Below are positions 47,106 to 56,875 of a stretch of 64,000 nucleotides of DNA, piece after piece (the first letter of the stretch is position 1; each line of letters starts with the position of its first letter). Below the pieces are notes generated by a model. That model worked only from the letters and a program-made list of their open reading frames with translations. It was not told where the DNA came from and searched no databases. The stretch comes from Dehalococcoidia bacterium (GTDB taxonomy: Bacteria > Chloroflexota > Dehalococcoidia > GIF9 > AB-539-J10), in the NCBI GenBank assembly GCA_014859205.1, contig JACUUR010000001.1, forward strand, positions 4,319-68,318, in the 5' to 3' direction. A program made the position numbers and the translations under genes.

Positions 47106-49548
47106 AATTGGCAATGACCGCCTGGCCCAGAGAGACGCCCCCGTCATTACAGGGCACCTGCCTGTGGGCAAAGACCTGGAAACCGCTGCCTTCCAGCAAG
47201 CTGACGACTCTTCTCAGCAGCAGCCGGTTCTGAAACACGCCGCCGCTCAAGGCCACCTGGCCGATGCCGGTCTGATCAGCGATCAGACGGCACATCTCGG
47301 TGGTCATCCGGGCTACGGTGTTGTGGAATCTGGCTGATATCATCGCTACCGCCATACCCCCACGCAAGTCCTCTATTACGGCTGAGACGAGTTCGCTTAG
47401 CCGCACGACCTTCATTCCCCCGTCAACTGCTATTCGATAGGGGTATGTTTCATCATTGCCGAAGATTGCTTCGTCGCTTACGCGACTCGCAATGACGAAC
47501 GAGTGAGCGGCCATCTCCAGTTCCACCGCCGCCTGTCCTTCATAGCCTATCTCACCCCTTATGCCCAGCAGGGCCGATACGGCATCGAACAGGCGCCCCA
47601 TGCTCGAGGTAAGAGGAGAGTTTGTCCCTCTCTCTATCTGGCGCTTGATAACCTCCATTTCAGCTTCAGCAACCTGCCCGACGGAACCCGGTGGAGACTG
47701 CGCCCGCTTCACAGAACATGCCCCGCGCGCACTGACGTCCTTCGCTTCGCTCAGGACGACAGAAGGAGGATGCCCCGGGGGCGCCACGGCATTTCCCCGG
47801 CTTATGGCGATGACAGCGTTGAGGACGTCTTCGCCCAGCAACGTGAGGATATAGGCGATGGCCGTGCGGTAGGGCCTCTTTGTGGCTGCATCTCCCCCGG
47901 GCAGCGGCAGGTATTCTAGATGCCCCGCCCTGTGAAAACCACGGTAGTCGGCCACCAGAAATTCCCCTCCCCAGATTCTTCCATCCGCACCCATGCCCGT
48001 GCCGTCGAAGGCGACCCCTATGACGGGCCCTTCCAGGCCGTTGTCTGCCATGCAGCTGGCGATATGAGCGTGGTGGTGCTGCACTGGAACCAACCTCATC
48101 CCAGCCTGGCCCAACTCACCGGCATATCTGGTGGCGAGGTAATCAGGGTGGAGATCGTGAGCTACGATCTCAGGCTCTAAGCCGAACAGCCTCTTATACA
48201 GAGATATGGTGCCCTCGAAATGCTCCAGAGTTTCCAGGTTCTCCATGTCCCCGATGTGCTGTGATAAGAAGGCATAGTTGTTCCGGGTCAGACAGAAGGT
48301 GTTCTTCTGCTCAGCGCCGCAGCCGAGCACCTGCCTGCTCCCAAACGGCAGTCGGATGGGATAAGGAGCGTGGCCACGGGCCCGCCTTATAAGCTGGCAT
48401 GTGCCTCGCTCGACTACGGCCACGCTGTCGTCGTAGCCTGAATAGATCTCCCGGTTATGGACCAGGAAGTAATCGGCGATCTCCGACAGTCTCTTCAAGG
48501 CTTCATCGTTGTCTGTGGCTATGGGCTCCTCACTGAGATTGCCGCTGGTCATCACCAGAGGCAGGCCGGCATCTCTGAGCAATACATGGTGAAGCGGCGT
48601 GTAGGGCAGCATGATACCCAGGAACCGCAAGTCTGGTGCTACTTCTCGCGATATGGATGATTGGTCCCTCCACTTCGTGAGCACTATGGGGCTTTGAGGC
48701 GAGCCAAGCAGCTTCTCCTCCTCCGATGAGACGCAGCAATGCCTTTCAGCCTCATCTACAGTGGTAACCATCACCGCGAGGGGCTTGGAGGGTCGCTGCT
48801 TTCTCCGCCGCAATTCCCCCACCGCCGCATCATTGGTGGCATCGCAGGCCAGGAGATAGCCGCCCAAGCCCTTGATGGCCACGATTCTGCCTTTCCTGAG
48901 AAGTTCAGCGGCGGCGGCTATGGGGTCTGCCTCGGCCAGCAGATTGCCCCGCCTGTCAACCAGCGCAACCCGGGGGCCGCACTCCGGGCAGGCATTGGGC
49001 TGAGCATGAAACCGTCTGTTCATCGGATCATCGTATTCGGCCTGACATAGGGAGCACATCTGGAAGCGGCGCATGGTCGTCCTCGGGCGGTCATAGGGCA
49101 TGTCTTCGATGATCGTGAAGCGCGGTCCGCAGTTCGTGCAGTTGATGAACGGGTAGCGGTAGCGGCGGTCGGCAGGGTCCAGCAGTTCGCCAAGGCAGGC
49201 CGGGCAGGTAGCTACATCGGGAGAGATGAGTTGATATCTGCCTTTCAGGGCCTGGCTAGGGCGGATTTCAAAGCCCTCATAGCCTACGGGCGGATGCAAC
49301 TCAACAGCCACGTCCTCAATGCGGGCCAACGGCGGGGCTTGCGCCCGCAGGTCGATCTCGAACTGCCCGATCGTCTCGGTGTCTCCCTCTACCTCGATCC
49401 TGACATCCTCGGAAGTATTGCACACCCAGCCCCCCAGTCCGTGTCTGGCAGCCAGCCCGTATACGAAAGGCCTGAAGCCGACGCCCTGCACAACGCCCCG
49501 CACACGGATACGGGCCAGTTTGACCGACTGCCTCGTCTTCTGTGACAT
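47095..49548 (-). CDS. hypF: [NiFe]-hydrogenase maturation carbamoyltransferase HypF
   Basis: 817 aa: acylphosphatase domain, two Zn-finger CxxC-N18-CxxC modules, YrdC domain and Kae1-like domain. Stop overlaps the NUDIX gene by 11 nt (convergent). Confidence 0.9.
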   Translation of the reverse strand: MSQKTRQSVKLARIRVRGVVQGVGFRPFVYGLAARHGLGGWVCNTSEDVRIEVEGDTETIGQFEIDLRAQAPPLARIEDVAVELHPPVGYEGFEIRPSQALKGRYQLISPDVATCPACLGELLDPADRRYRYPFINCTNCGPRFTIIEDMPYDRPRTTMRRFQMCSLCQAEYDDPMNRRFHAQPNACPECGPRVALVDRRGNLLAEADPIAAAAELLRKGRIVAIKGLGGYLLACDATNDAAVGELRRRKQRPSKPLAVMVTTVDEAERHCCVSSEEEKLLGSPQSPIVLTKWRDQSSISREVAPDLRFLGIMLPYTPLHHVLLRDAGLPLVMTSGNLSEEPIATDNDEALKRLSEIADYFLVHNREIYSGYDDSVAVVERGTCQLIRRARGHAPYPIRLPFGSRQVLGCGAEQKNTFCLTRNNYAFLSQHIGDMENLETLEHFEGTISLYKRLFGLEPEIVAHDLHPDYLATRYAGELGQAGMRLVPVQHHHAHIASCMADNGLEGPVIGVAFDGTGMGADGRIWGGEFLVADYRGFHRAGHLEYLPLPGGDAATKRPYRTAIAYILTLLGEDVLNAVIAISRGNAVAPPGHPPSVVLSEAKDVSARGACSVKRAQSPPGSVGQVAEAEMEVIKRQIERGTNSPLTSSMGRLFDAVSALLGIRGEIGYEGQAAVELEMAAHSFVIASRVSDEAIFGNDETYPYRIAVDGGMKVVRLSELVSAVIEDLRGGMAVAMISARFHNTVARMTTEMCRLIADQTGIGQVALSGGVFQNRLLLRRVVSLLEGSGFQVFAHRQVPCNDGGVSLGQAVIANFTG

Positions 49549-49886
49549 GCGACACGGTTCCCGGGAGATCAGGTGCTCGAACCGGTATTATACTAGCACG
49601 TACGATTCTGACCAAACTCCCGCATACACCTCGCGTATCACCGGAGCCCTGGCTGACGGTCACCAGACACATTCCACCACTTGAGCATGCTCCAGGCTGC
49701 ACTGTTGCCCGGAAGTCGTCTATAATGACAGAACAGTTCGGCAGCCCCCGTTAACGCCCCTGGCCAGCCGGTCTGACAGAGAGATGCTTGACCGTGAGAC
49801 CGTTAACACATGCCGCCGAGTTTCCTCGATGCTCCGCGGACAGTCACGGCTGACGCCCGGCATTGAGCAGGGATCCATGAAAGCCC

Positions 49887-50669
49887 ATGAATGCAGTTGA
49901 CGCGGTAGCCCTCGGACGCAGCCGGCTGAAGGTGTCAAAGCTGTGTTTTGGCACTGCCTACTTAGGAGCGCCCTCTCTGAAGATCAGCCCGGACGAAGGC
50001 GGCAGGGTTCTGGTGGAAGCGCATAAGCTGGGAGTGACCTTCTGGGACACCTCCGATGACTACGGAAGCCACGCTCACATAGCCTCGGCTCTAAGGCACA
50101 TACCCAGAGAGAAGGTCGTGATCTCCACCAAGACGAGCGCCAAGAACGGCCGAGAGGCGGCAGAGAGCCTCCAGAGGTCTCTCCGTGAGCTAGGCACAGA
50201 CTACGTGGACATCTTCTTCCTGCACGCAGTCGAATCAGACTGGATAGATGGCTGTCACAAGCTGTTGACAGAACTGCATGAGTTGACGACGGCCGGAACC
50301 GTAAAGGCAATCGGTCTCACTACTCACAGCGTTGCCGTCGGGAGAAAGGCCTCCGAGTTCGAGCAGCTAGATGTGCTCATGACTATCTGTTGCGGAGCAG
50401 ACCAGGCCACCATAGACAGGTTTCCTGAGCACATTCCGCTGGAGGACGGCACCATCGAACAGATGCTCGAGGCAGCTGAGTTGGCCCATAGTCGTGGGAT
50501 AGGCATTGTTGCCATGAAGGTGCTTGGGTGTTCTGCGCCACCTCTCGTCGATGACTACCGGGCATCTATAGAGGCAGTGACTAAGCTGCGCTTTGTGGAT
50601 GCAATCGTGATAGGCATGAGAAGCCTCTGCGAGGTTCAGAAGAACGTAGAAGCCGTCATGTCCCGCTAG
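49887..50669 (+). CDS. aldo/keto reductase
   Basis: AKR catalytic tetrad context (DTSDDYG, ...K...H). Confidence 0.8.
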   Translation: MNAVDAVALGRSRLKVSKLCFGTAYLGAPSLKISPDEGGRVLVEAHKLGVTFWDTSDDYGSHAHIASALRHIPREKVVISTKTSAKNGREAAESLQRSLRELGTDYVDIFFLHAVESDWIDGCHKLLTELHELTTAGTVKAIGLTTHSVAVGRKASEFEQLDVLMTICCGADQATIDRFPEHIPLEDGTIEQMLEAAELAHSRGIGIVAMKVLGCSAPPLVDDYRASIEAVTKLRFVDAIVIGMRSLCEVQKNVEAVMSR

Positions 50670-50727
50670 CCATATTCCCAATCCCAACTTGCGTCGCCAG
50701 CGGTTTATCCGTAAAATGCCTGATGTT

Positions 50728-50801
50728 GCCCCCATCGTCTAGAGGCCTAGGACATCAGCCTTTCAAGCTGAAGATCAGGGGTTCGAATCCCCTTGGGGGC
50801 A
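50728..50801 (+). tRNA. tRNA-Glu (anticodon UUC); no encoded CCA
   Basis: Cloverleaf folded by hand: acceptor GCCCCCA/UGGGGGC, anticodon stem UCAGC/GCUGA, loop CUUUCAA, T-loop GGTTCGAATCC. Confidence 0.85.
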
Positions 50802-50943
50802 CTTCTTATTAGTGCACACGGTGCCTCACTACCCTCTGTCTCACAGTATCACAGATCATCAAGAGACAGGATTACGGGCCGGCCGCGCAGGCTGTCATCG
50901 GCCCATTTAACCGTGCCTCTGAAGGCGCGGCAGCCGCGAGCAG

Positions 50944-51879
50944 CTAGAGTTCTCTTTCGAAGGTGAGATGCTTTCGCTTGGCACTGAACCCGACCCTCTC
51001 GTAGAGCATGATGGCCTCGGTAGGGTTAGCGTCGTCGACGCCCAATATCGCCTTGTTCATACCCTTGGCCCTGAGTATCTCAAAGGCGTGTAGCAGTAGC
51101 CTGGCCCCTATGCCTGTACGCCTAAACGGCTTCAGGACCCCGATGGTGAAGATCTCGCCCGCCTTCACCTTCTTCTCCAGATTGTACTTGTCATCTATGC
51201 CTACGCCCACATACCCGACGCTCTCACCACCAAGAAGGGCAAAGAAGACCTCCTGTTCCCTAAAATAGGGGTTATTCAGCAGGTGGTGGCGCGTCTCTTC
51301 TACGGTGTCGGGACGATAGTTGAAATGCTCCCGGAAGCTTTCGTTGTCCAGGCGGTTGAACAGCACGACATCCTCATCCACGTCCTTCCGTAGAGGTCTT
51401 ATGTGCACCTGTCGATTCTCGCCAACGTCCTGTGGAGTCTTGTCCAGGTCGGCCTCCATAGTGCTGAACACCCGAACACTCCGGAAGCCCGACCCTTCCA
51501 GCAGCTGGATTCGGTCGGCCTGGTCGGAATCAGCCCACGCCTGAGCGGCTACCATGCCGCGCGCCTTCAACTCTCGCAGGGCTGTGTCCAGCAGTTGCTG
51601 GTTCACGCTGCTGCGGAATTCGGGGATGACGCAGAGGCGGATAGACCCCTTCATGTCCGTCCTCAGCTTGTCCACGTTGGCATGCACCACACCCACCGGT
51701 CTTCCATCGGACTCGCCCACGAACCTCCCCTCAAAGTCGAAGTCCGGGGCCTTCGCTTCCAGAAGGAACTCTTCAACCGTAATGGCCCTCCAGTCCTCAC
51801 GATCGGCATAGTGCTTGTTCAGTACGTCAACCCAGATGGGCTCATCAGCCCCGTGCACAAAACGTCTGATATTCATCAT
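50944..51879 (-). CDS. GNAT family N-acetyltransferase with tandem GNAT domains
   Basis: Two acetyl-CoA binding motif A regions (RxxGxG/A pattern: RGMVAAQ..., RRTGIGARLL). Confidence 0.75.
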   Translation of the reverse strand: MMNIRRFVHGADEPIWVDVLNKHYADREDWRAITVEEFLLEAKAPDFDFEGRFVGESDGRPVGVVHANVDKLRTDMKGSIRLCVIPEFRSSVNQQLLDTALRELKARGMVAAQAWADSDQADRIQLLEGSGFRSVRVFSTMEADLDKTPQDVGENRQVHIRPLRKDVDEDVVLFNRLDNESFREHFNYRPDTVEETRHHLLNNPYFREQEVFFALLGGESVGYVGVGIDDKYNLEKKVKAGEIFTIGVLKPFRRTGIGARLLLHAFEILRAKGMNKAILGVDDANPTEAIMLYERVGFSAKRKHLTFEREL

Positions 51880-51919
51880 GATTCCTTAACGGTGATGCCA
51901 TCGAGTGGATTCGCCGTTG

Positions 51920-52600
51920 CTAGAAGCCGTGCCAGTTGCTTACACTATCGAGAGGCTCCCGTTCAGAGTGCAGTTGATTCACCGGGTCATCCCAGTCAGG
52001 ATAACCGACAGCTATCCCCAGCACCATGAGCTTGGAGTCCGGTATGCCCAGCACCTGCTTCAAGACGTCAGGATACATCACAGCTTGAATCTGGGCGATG
52101 GTGCCCAGCCCATAACCGGCAGCCAGCAGCATGATATTCTCAGCGACCAGGCCGCAATCAAAGAGAGGCCAGACATTCAGTCCCTCTTCCTGAAGATAGA
52201 AACTGCGGTCAATGTAGATGTAGATAGCACATGGAGCCTCGAACAGCCTCAAGCCCTGCAGGAGCCACCACTTCCTCTTCTCCTTGTCCTCCCTGCTTAT
52301 CCCCTTCAGTTCAAAGACCTTTCTGCCTATTGCGCGGTAACGGGTCATGTAAGGCTCGGGAAACCCCGGAGGCATAGGAATGTCTGTCTTGCCCATGTCT
52401 TCGGCCCTTTGAACAAAGGCCTGCCTTATTGTCTCAAGTTGACGGCCCGTGACTATCGCAAACTGCCACGGCTGGGTGTTGCCCCAAGAGGGGGCCCGCA
52501 CAGCTAACTCCATGATCTCCCTGAGAACTTCCAGGGGTACCGGGTCTGGCTTATAAGCCCTTATGCTCTTCCTGCTGTTAATGGCTTCTGCGATTTCCAT
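51920..52600 (-). CDS. nitroreductase family protein; start at the internal ATG (MEIAEAINSRKSIRAY) behind AGGAG, track start 52654
   Basis: Nitroreductase N-terminal signature RKSIRAY and FMN-binding pattern. Confidence 0.75.
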   Translation of the reverse strand: MEIAEAINSRKSIRAYKPDPVPLEVLREIMELAVRAPSWGNTQPWQFAIVTGRQLETIRQAFVQRAEDMGKTDIPMPPGFPEPYMTRYRAIGRKVFELKGISREDKEKRKWWLLQGLRLFEAPCAIYIYIDRSFYLQEEGLNVWPLFDCGLVAENIMLLAAGYGLGTIAQIQAVMYPDVLKQVLGIPDSKLMVLGIAVGYPDWDDPVNQLHSEREPLDSVSNWHGF

Positions 52601-52789
52601 GCCTGTCGCTCCTTTCTTCAGTCCGTTGTCTTTGGTCATGACGCACCGTCTCATCTCTCAATGCAGGCAGCCTATCCTGCACTGCACCTTCACCAACACT
52701 AATGCTCAAGCACTACGCCTACTGTGAAAGCCTGCGTGTCACCTTTTCCTGATTACAGGAACCCGCCTGCATCGCGAAAGACGCTCTAC

Positions 52790-54982
52790 TCAACGTTTCT
52801 TCCTTGGTGTAACCCTCCCGGCGCTCTTCCTCTTCGCCGAACGCGCTTTCTTCGCACCGGGCCCTGTCATCCGGCTGGTTCTACGTCTGCGCAACAGAAA
52901 GACGACCAGCCCGGCTACCACCGCTCCCATTATCGCGCCCACCAACGGCCACTTAACTGCCGCGGCCTCAGCAAAATTGGCCATGACCTCGTAATCGCCT
53001 TGCATCGTGATGGTGGTTGCAGCGGCCCCAACACTGGCGACCGTGGCCACATCGCCGCTCCAGTTGACAAAGCGAAAACCCCGGTCAGGCTCGGCAAGCA
53101 ACTGAACCGTCAGCCCGGCAGTGTAGGTGAAGGTGCCCTCACCATGAGTGATCACCGAACCGCCACCGCTGCTGGAGACGGTAAGGGAATACTCTACAAC
53201 ACCGAGGTCCCAGTCGGTAAGCTCCATCTCAACACCCGCAGAAACCAGCGAGCCGTCGGATCTGATCCCCACCGTTTGATATCCGCCCGCCGCTACCCCG
53301 ACGATGTCCGTCCAGGCATCGACATTGCACTGCCCCCAGTCGTTGTCTCCCACTGCGACCACAGTGCCGTCGGGCCTCAGGCCCACAGTGTGATAGCCAC
53401 CGCTCGCCACCCCCACGATGTCCATCCAGTCACCGACATCACACTGCCCGTAGGAATTGTATCCCGTCGCAACCACGCTGCCGTCGGACCTGAGCCCCAC
53501 TGTATGTGCGGCGCCTGCCGCCACCCCCACTACATCCGCCCAGTCATGCACGTCACGCTGCCCATGATAATTGTCTCCCACAGCAACCACGGTGCCGTCG
53601 CTCTTAACTCCAACCGTGTGATAGCCACCGGCCACCACCCGGACTATGTCCATCCAGTCCCCGACATCGCACTGCCCGTAGAAGTCATGTCCTCTCGCAA
53701 CCACGGTGCCGTCAGACCGCAGGCCCACAGTGTGTGCAGCGCCTGCCGCTATCATCTCGATCTCCCTCCAGTCCGCCACATCAGATTGTCCTGCCACATC
53801 ATCTCCAACGGCCACTGCAGTGCCGTCGGTCTTGAACCCCACCGTGTGATAACCACCGGCCGCAATTCCTTTAATGCCCGCCCAATCGGCAACATCGCAC
53901 TGCCCGTGGTAGTTATATCCCGTTGCGACCACGGTGCCGTCGGACCTGAGCCCCACGGTGTGCGAGAACACTGTGGCGACCTCCACCATATCCATCCAGT
54001 CGCCTACATCACCCTGCCCATGGTACCTCTCTCCCGCAGCGACGACTGTCCCATCAGATTTCAGCCCCACTGTATGACGCTCACCTGCCGCTATCGAGAT
54101 CATCCCACTCCACTCCTCTACATCACCTTGCCCTACTACGTTATCACCCACCGCCACCGCCCCACCGTCAATCTTGAGCCCCACAGTGTGATAACCACCC
54201 GCCACAACCTGCATGATGTTCGTCCAGTCCGCCACGTCGCTCTGTCTCCAGGCGTTATCTCCGACCGCGACTACTCCGCCGTCGATATTAAGCCCCACCG
54301 TGTGATAACCACCTGCGGCAATCCCAACGATGTCGGTCCAGTCGTCCACATCACACTGCCTCCAGTCGTTGTCTCCCACCGCAACCACTTTGCCGTCGGC
54401 ATCAAGCCCCACAGTATGCGCCCCGCCTGCCGCAACCTCCACGATGCCCGCCCAATCGGCAACATCGCACTGTCCGTAGTAGTTGTGTCCCACTGCGACG
54501 ACAGTTCCGTCAGATTTCAGGCCCACAGTGTGACGCTCGCCTGCAGCGACCCGGACAATGTCCGTCCAGTCGCCCACATCGCACTGCCCGGCCAGATTCT
54601 CTCCCGCTGCCACCACGGTACCGTCGGCCTTAACACCAACCGTATGATAGCTACCGGCGGCGACATGGGTTATGTCCGTCCAGTCCCCCACATCGCACTG
54701 CCCGTGCTGATTATGTCCCACTGCGACCACCGTGCCGTCGGACCTGAGCCCCACCGTGTGGCCCTCGCCTGCGGCCACCATAGGCGTTACCTGCCCCTCA
54801 GCCACAGCCAGTACCACTGTAGGCGCGGTGCCAGCGGCGTCCACACGCTCAGCAACTATCACCCTGCTATCCACCAGGAACGCGGTCCCTGATGAAGCTC
54901 CTGCTGCCGAAGCAGGAAGAACTGCGCTGAACATGAGCACCACCGAGATCACGAATAATAGGAGCATCGTTCTACTTCTCAT
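52790..54982 (-). CDS. secreted RCC1-repeat (beta-propeller) protein with an InlB-B-repeat-like module, C-terminal TM anchor and polybasic tail
   Basis: Signal peptide. About 14 tandem repeats of the ~38-aa unit GxxHTVGLxxDGTVVAxGxNxxGQCDVxDWxDIV. C-terminal hydrophobic helix then RRRRTSRM...RKKR. Confidence 0.8.
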   Translation of the reverse strand: MRSRTMLLLFVISVVLMFSAVLPASAAGASSGTAFLVDSRVIVAERVDAAGTAPTVVLAVAEGQVTPMVAAGEGHTVGLRSDGTVVAVGHNQHGQCDVGDWTDITHVAAGSYHTVGVKADGTVVAAGENLAGQCDVGDWTDIVRVAAGERHTVGLKSDGTVVAVGHNYYGQCDVADWAGIVEVAAGGAHTVGLDADGKVVAVGDNDWRQCDVDDWTDIVGIAAGGYHTVGLNIDGGVVAVGDNAWRQSDVADWTNIMQVVAGGYHTVGLKIDGGAVAVGDNVVGQGDVEEWSGMISIAAGERHTVGLKSDGTVVAAGERYHGQGDVGDWMDMVEVATVFSHTVGLRSDGTVVATGYNYHGQCDVADWAGIKGIAAGGYHTVGFKTDGTAVAVGDDVAGQSDVADWREIEMIAAGAAHTVGLRSDGTVVARGHDFYGQCDVGDWMDIVRVVAGGYHTVGVKSDGTVVAVGDNYHGQRDVHDWADVVGVAAGAAHTVGLRSDGSVVATGYNSYGQCDVGDWMDIVGVASGGYHTVGLRPDGTVVAVGDNDWGQCNVDAWTDIVGVAAGGYQTVGIRSDGSLVSAGVEMELTDWDLGVVEYSLTVSSSGGGSVITHGEGTFTYTAGLTVQLLAEPDRGFRFVNWSGDVATVASVGAAATTITMQGDYEVMANFAEAAAVKWPLVGAIMGAVVAGLVVFLLRRRRTSRMTGPGAKKARSAKRKSAGRVTPRKKR
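52960..54800 (-). repeat. tandem ~114-bp coding repeats (RCC1-like blades) inside 52790..54982
   Basis: Recurrent DNA strings such as ccgtcggacctgagccccac(c/t)gtgtg every ~114 bp. Confidence 0.7.
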
Positions 54983-55057
54983 TGTTATACCTCCTCTTGT
55001 CAGTCAGTGTCGGCCTAATCTTTCATACTGCGACGTTTCCATTGCAGATTATCCTTA

Positions 55058-55693
55058 TCACTGCTGCCAGGCCCCTTCGCCGATGAGCGGCACGAAATAA
55101 CAGCCGCCCAGGTTTTCGGTCTTGTTTCCCTGCCGCAACTTGGTAACCCTGAGCAACTCCTGCTGCCACCGCGAGCCAACCGGGATCACCAATCGGCCGT
55201 TGAAAGCCAGCTGATCCAGAAGCACCTGAGGCACACGGGGCGCACCGGCAGAGACCACGATCGCATCGTAAGGCGCTCCTTCCGGCCAGCCCAAACTCCT
55301 GCCTGCCATGCGCACTTCAATGTTGGAGTAGCCGAGATCGTCCAGCGCCCTTTTGGCAGCCTCAGCCAGCTCGGGGATACACTCCACAGTAACCACCGTC
55401 CGGGCCAGTTCAGCCAATACGGCAGCCTCATAGCCACTTCCGGTGCCGAGCTCAAGCACTTTCTCGTCGCCCCTCAATTCCAGGGCCTGCACCATCATGG
55501 CTACGATGAACGGTTGAGAAATGGTCTGTCCGAAGCCGATGCCCAGGGGTCTATCGTCATACGCGGCGTGGACCAGCGCGGCCGGCACGAAGGCCTCACG
55601 CCGCACGCGTCTCATAGCCTCAACTACACGCCGATCAGCGATTTCACGGTCAAGATGCCTGAGTAGACGCTCTCTAGCTTGCTCTAGATCCAC
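55058..55693 (-). CDS. pcm: protein-L-isoaspartate O-methyltransferase
   Basis: PCMT motifs (QTISQP, VLELGTGSGY, post-I/II/III regions). Confidence 0.9.
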   Translation of the reverse strand: MDLEQARERLLRHLDREIADRRVVEAMRRVRREAFVPAALVHAAYDDRPLGIGFGQTISQPFIVAMMVQALELRGDEKVLELGTGSGYEAAVLAELARTVVTVECIPELAEAAKRALDDLGYSNIEVRMAGRSLGWPEGAPYDAIVVSAGAPRVPQVLLDQLAFNGRLVIPVGSRWQQELLRVTKLRQGNKTENLGGCYFVPLIGEGAWQQ

Positions 55694-55715
55694 CCCAGTT
55701 CACCGGTCCGCGATG

Positions 55716-55961
55716 TTAGCCAATGACGAAAGACAGGACTATGAGGACCAGAATCATGACTCCAGCAATGATGCCGATGCGCCTGACCTCGGGCATCACA
55801 TGCCGGTAGCGAATGGCAGGATCCTGGGCTCTGGTCAACACCCGAGCCGGCGATGCTGGCTCAGACGGCATTGCTCTTGGCTGCTGCACAGGCCTTGACC
55901 CTTCCGGCCTGGCCGGTCTGCTCTGGTACTTTGCTTTACTGCGCCGTGATCTCTTTGTCAT
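55716..55961 (-). CDS. small basic tail-anchored membrane protein (hypothetical)
   Basis: 81 aa, Arg/Pro-rich N-terminus and a single C-terminal TM helix. Overlaps the xerC/D stop by 4 nt. Confidence 0.4.
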   Translation of the reverse strand: MTKRSRRSKAKYQSRPARPEGSRPVQQPRAMPSEPASPARVLTRAQDPAIRYRHVMPEVRRIGIIAGVMILVLIVLSFVIG

Positions 55962-56806
55962 TGTCCCTTCCTTGCCGCGGATTGCTCGTAAACTCTTGTG
56001 CTGGACACGTACGCGTGACCCAACAACTGCTGAACCTGGCGGAGATCAGCACCGCTTTGCAGCCTGTGTCTGGCGAAGCTATGACGCAAGGTCTGAGGCG
56101 TCACCTTACCGCTCAGGCCGGCTTTGCCGGCATAGCCCTTGACGATCTGCCAGAATCCCTGCCGGGTCAATCTCTTGCCGCGCCGGTTCAGAAACAGAGC
56201 TTCCTCGCTCTCGTCATAGAGTAAGTCCAGTCTATCGTTCCTGAGGAAATTCCCCAGAATCAGATTCAACCTGTCATCAAAGGGCACCTGTCTTCCGGAA
56301 CCAACGCGCACCAGGCTCCTACCCAGATCAATGTCTCCCGTATTCAACGATACGAGTTCGCTTATGCGCAGGCCGGTGGCATAGAGGAACTCCAGCATCA
56401 CCACATCTCTTCTCGCCTCGGGAGTGGGCAGCTTTGTTGCCTCGGCCAACAACCCCTCAAACTCCGCAGAAGACAGGAAGCTGAGCGAGCGTCTGCTAAC
56501 TTGAGGAGAGGGCAGGTTCTGGGTGGGATTCCCGTTGATCCGGCCCGAAGCAACCATGAACTTGAAGAAGGACTTGGCGGACGCCACCTTGCGGGCCATG
56601 GTGGCCACCGAGTATCTCTTCTCCCGGAGCTTGAGCAGATAGCCTTTCAGAAGATCGTCATAGGACTCGATGATGCCCTTTGCCTTCTCTGCTGAGATGA
56701 AGCTTGCCATCTGGGTCAGATCGTTGCGGTAAGCGGCCACAGTGTTCTGAGAACAACCCTTCGCCCGGGCCAAATGCTGCAGAAAGGCATCGATATCCGG
56801 CTTCAT
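55958..56806 (-). CDS. tyrosine recombinase XerC/XerD family; start taken at internal ATG 56806 (MKPDIDAFLQHL...)
   Basis: N-terminal SAM-like core-binding domain and C-terminal catalytic R..HxxR..Y (LRHSFARH, Y in STRVY). The 137-aa upstream extension of the track ORF overlaps uvrC on the opposite strand and has no homology. Confidence 0.8.
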   Translation of the reverse strand: MKPDIDAFLQHLARAKGCSQNTVAAYRNDLTQMASFISAEKAKGIIESYDDLLKGYLLKLREKRYSVATMARKVASAKSFFKFMVASGRINGNPTQNLPSPQVSRRSLSFLSSAEFEGLLAEATKLPTPEARRDVVMLEFLYATGLRISELVSLNTGDIDLGRSLVRVGSGRQVPFDDRLNLILGNFLRNDRLDLLYDESEEALFLNRRGKRLTRQGFWQIVKGYAGKAGLSGKVTPQTLRHSFARHRLQSGADLRQVQQLLGHAYVSSTRVYEQSAARKGQ

Positions 56807-56875
56807 CACCACAATTGTAACATAATCCAGACGGTTTTTGCCTCTGTGTAGATCGCTTGCTACAATGCAACCATC

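Noticed and set aside
52724-54892. 722-aa plus-strand ORF
   Set aside because: Antisense image of the RCC1-repeat gene (His/Arg/Pro-rich repetitive translation). No signal peptide, SD or homology.
50728-56806. tRNA-Glu plus downstream XerC/D-like recombinase as borders of an integrated island
   Set aside because: The recombinase is 5 kb away from the tRNA. Intervening genes have native-like composition. No direct repeat of the tRNA 3' end was found by eye.
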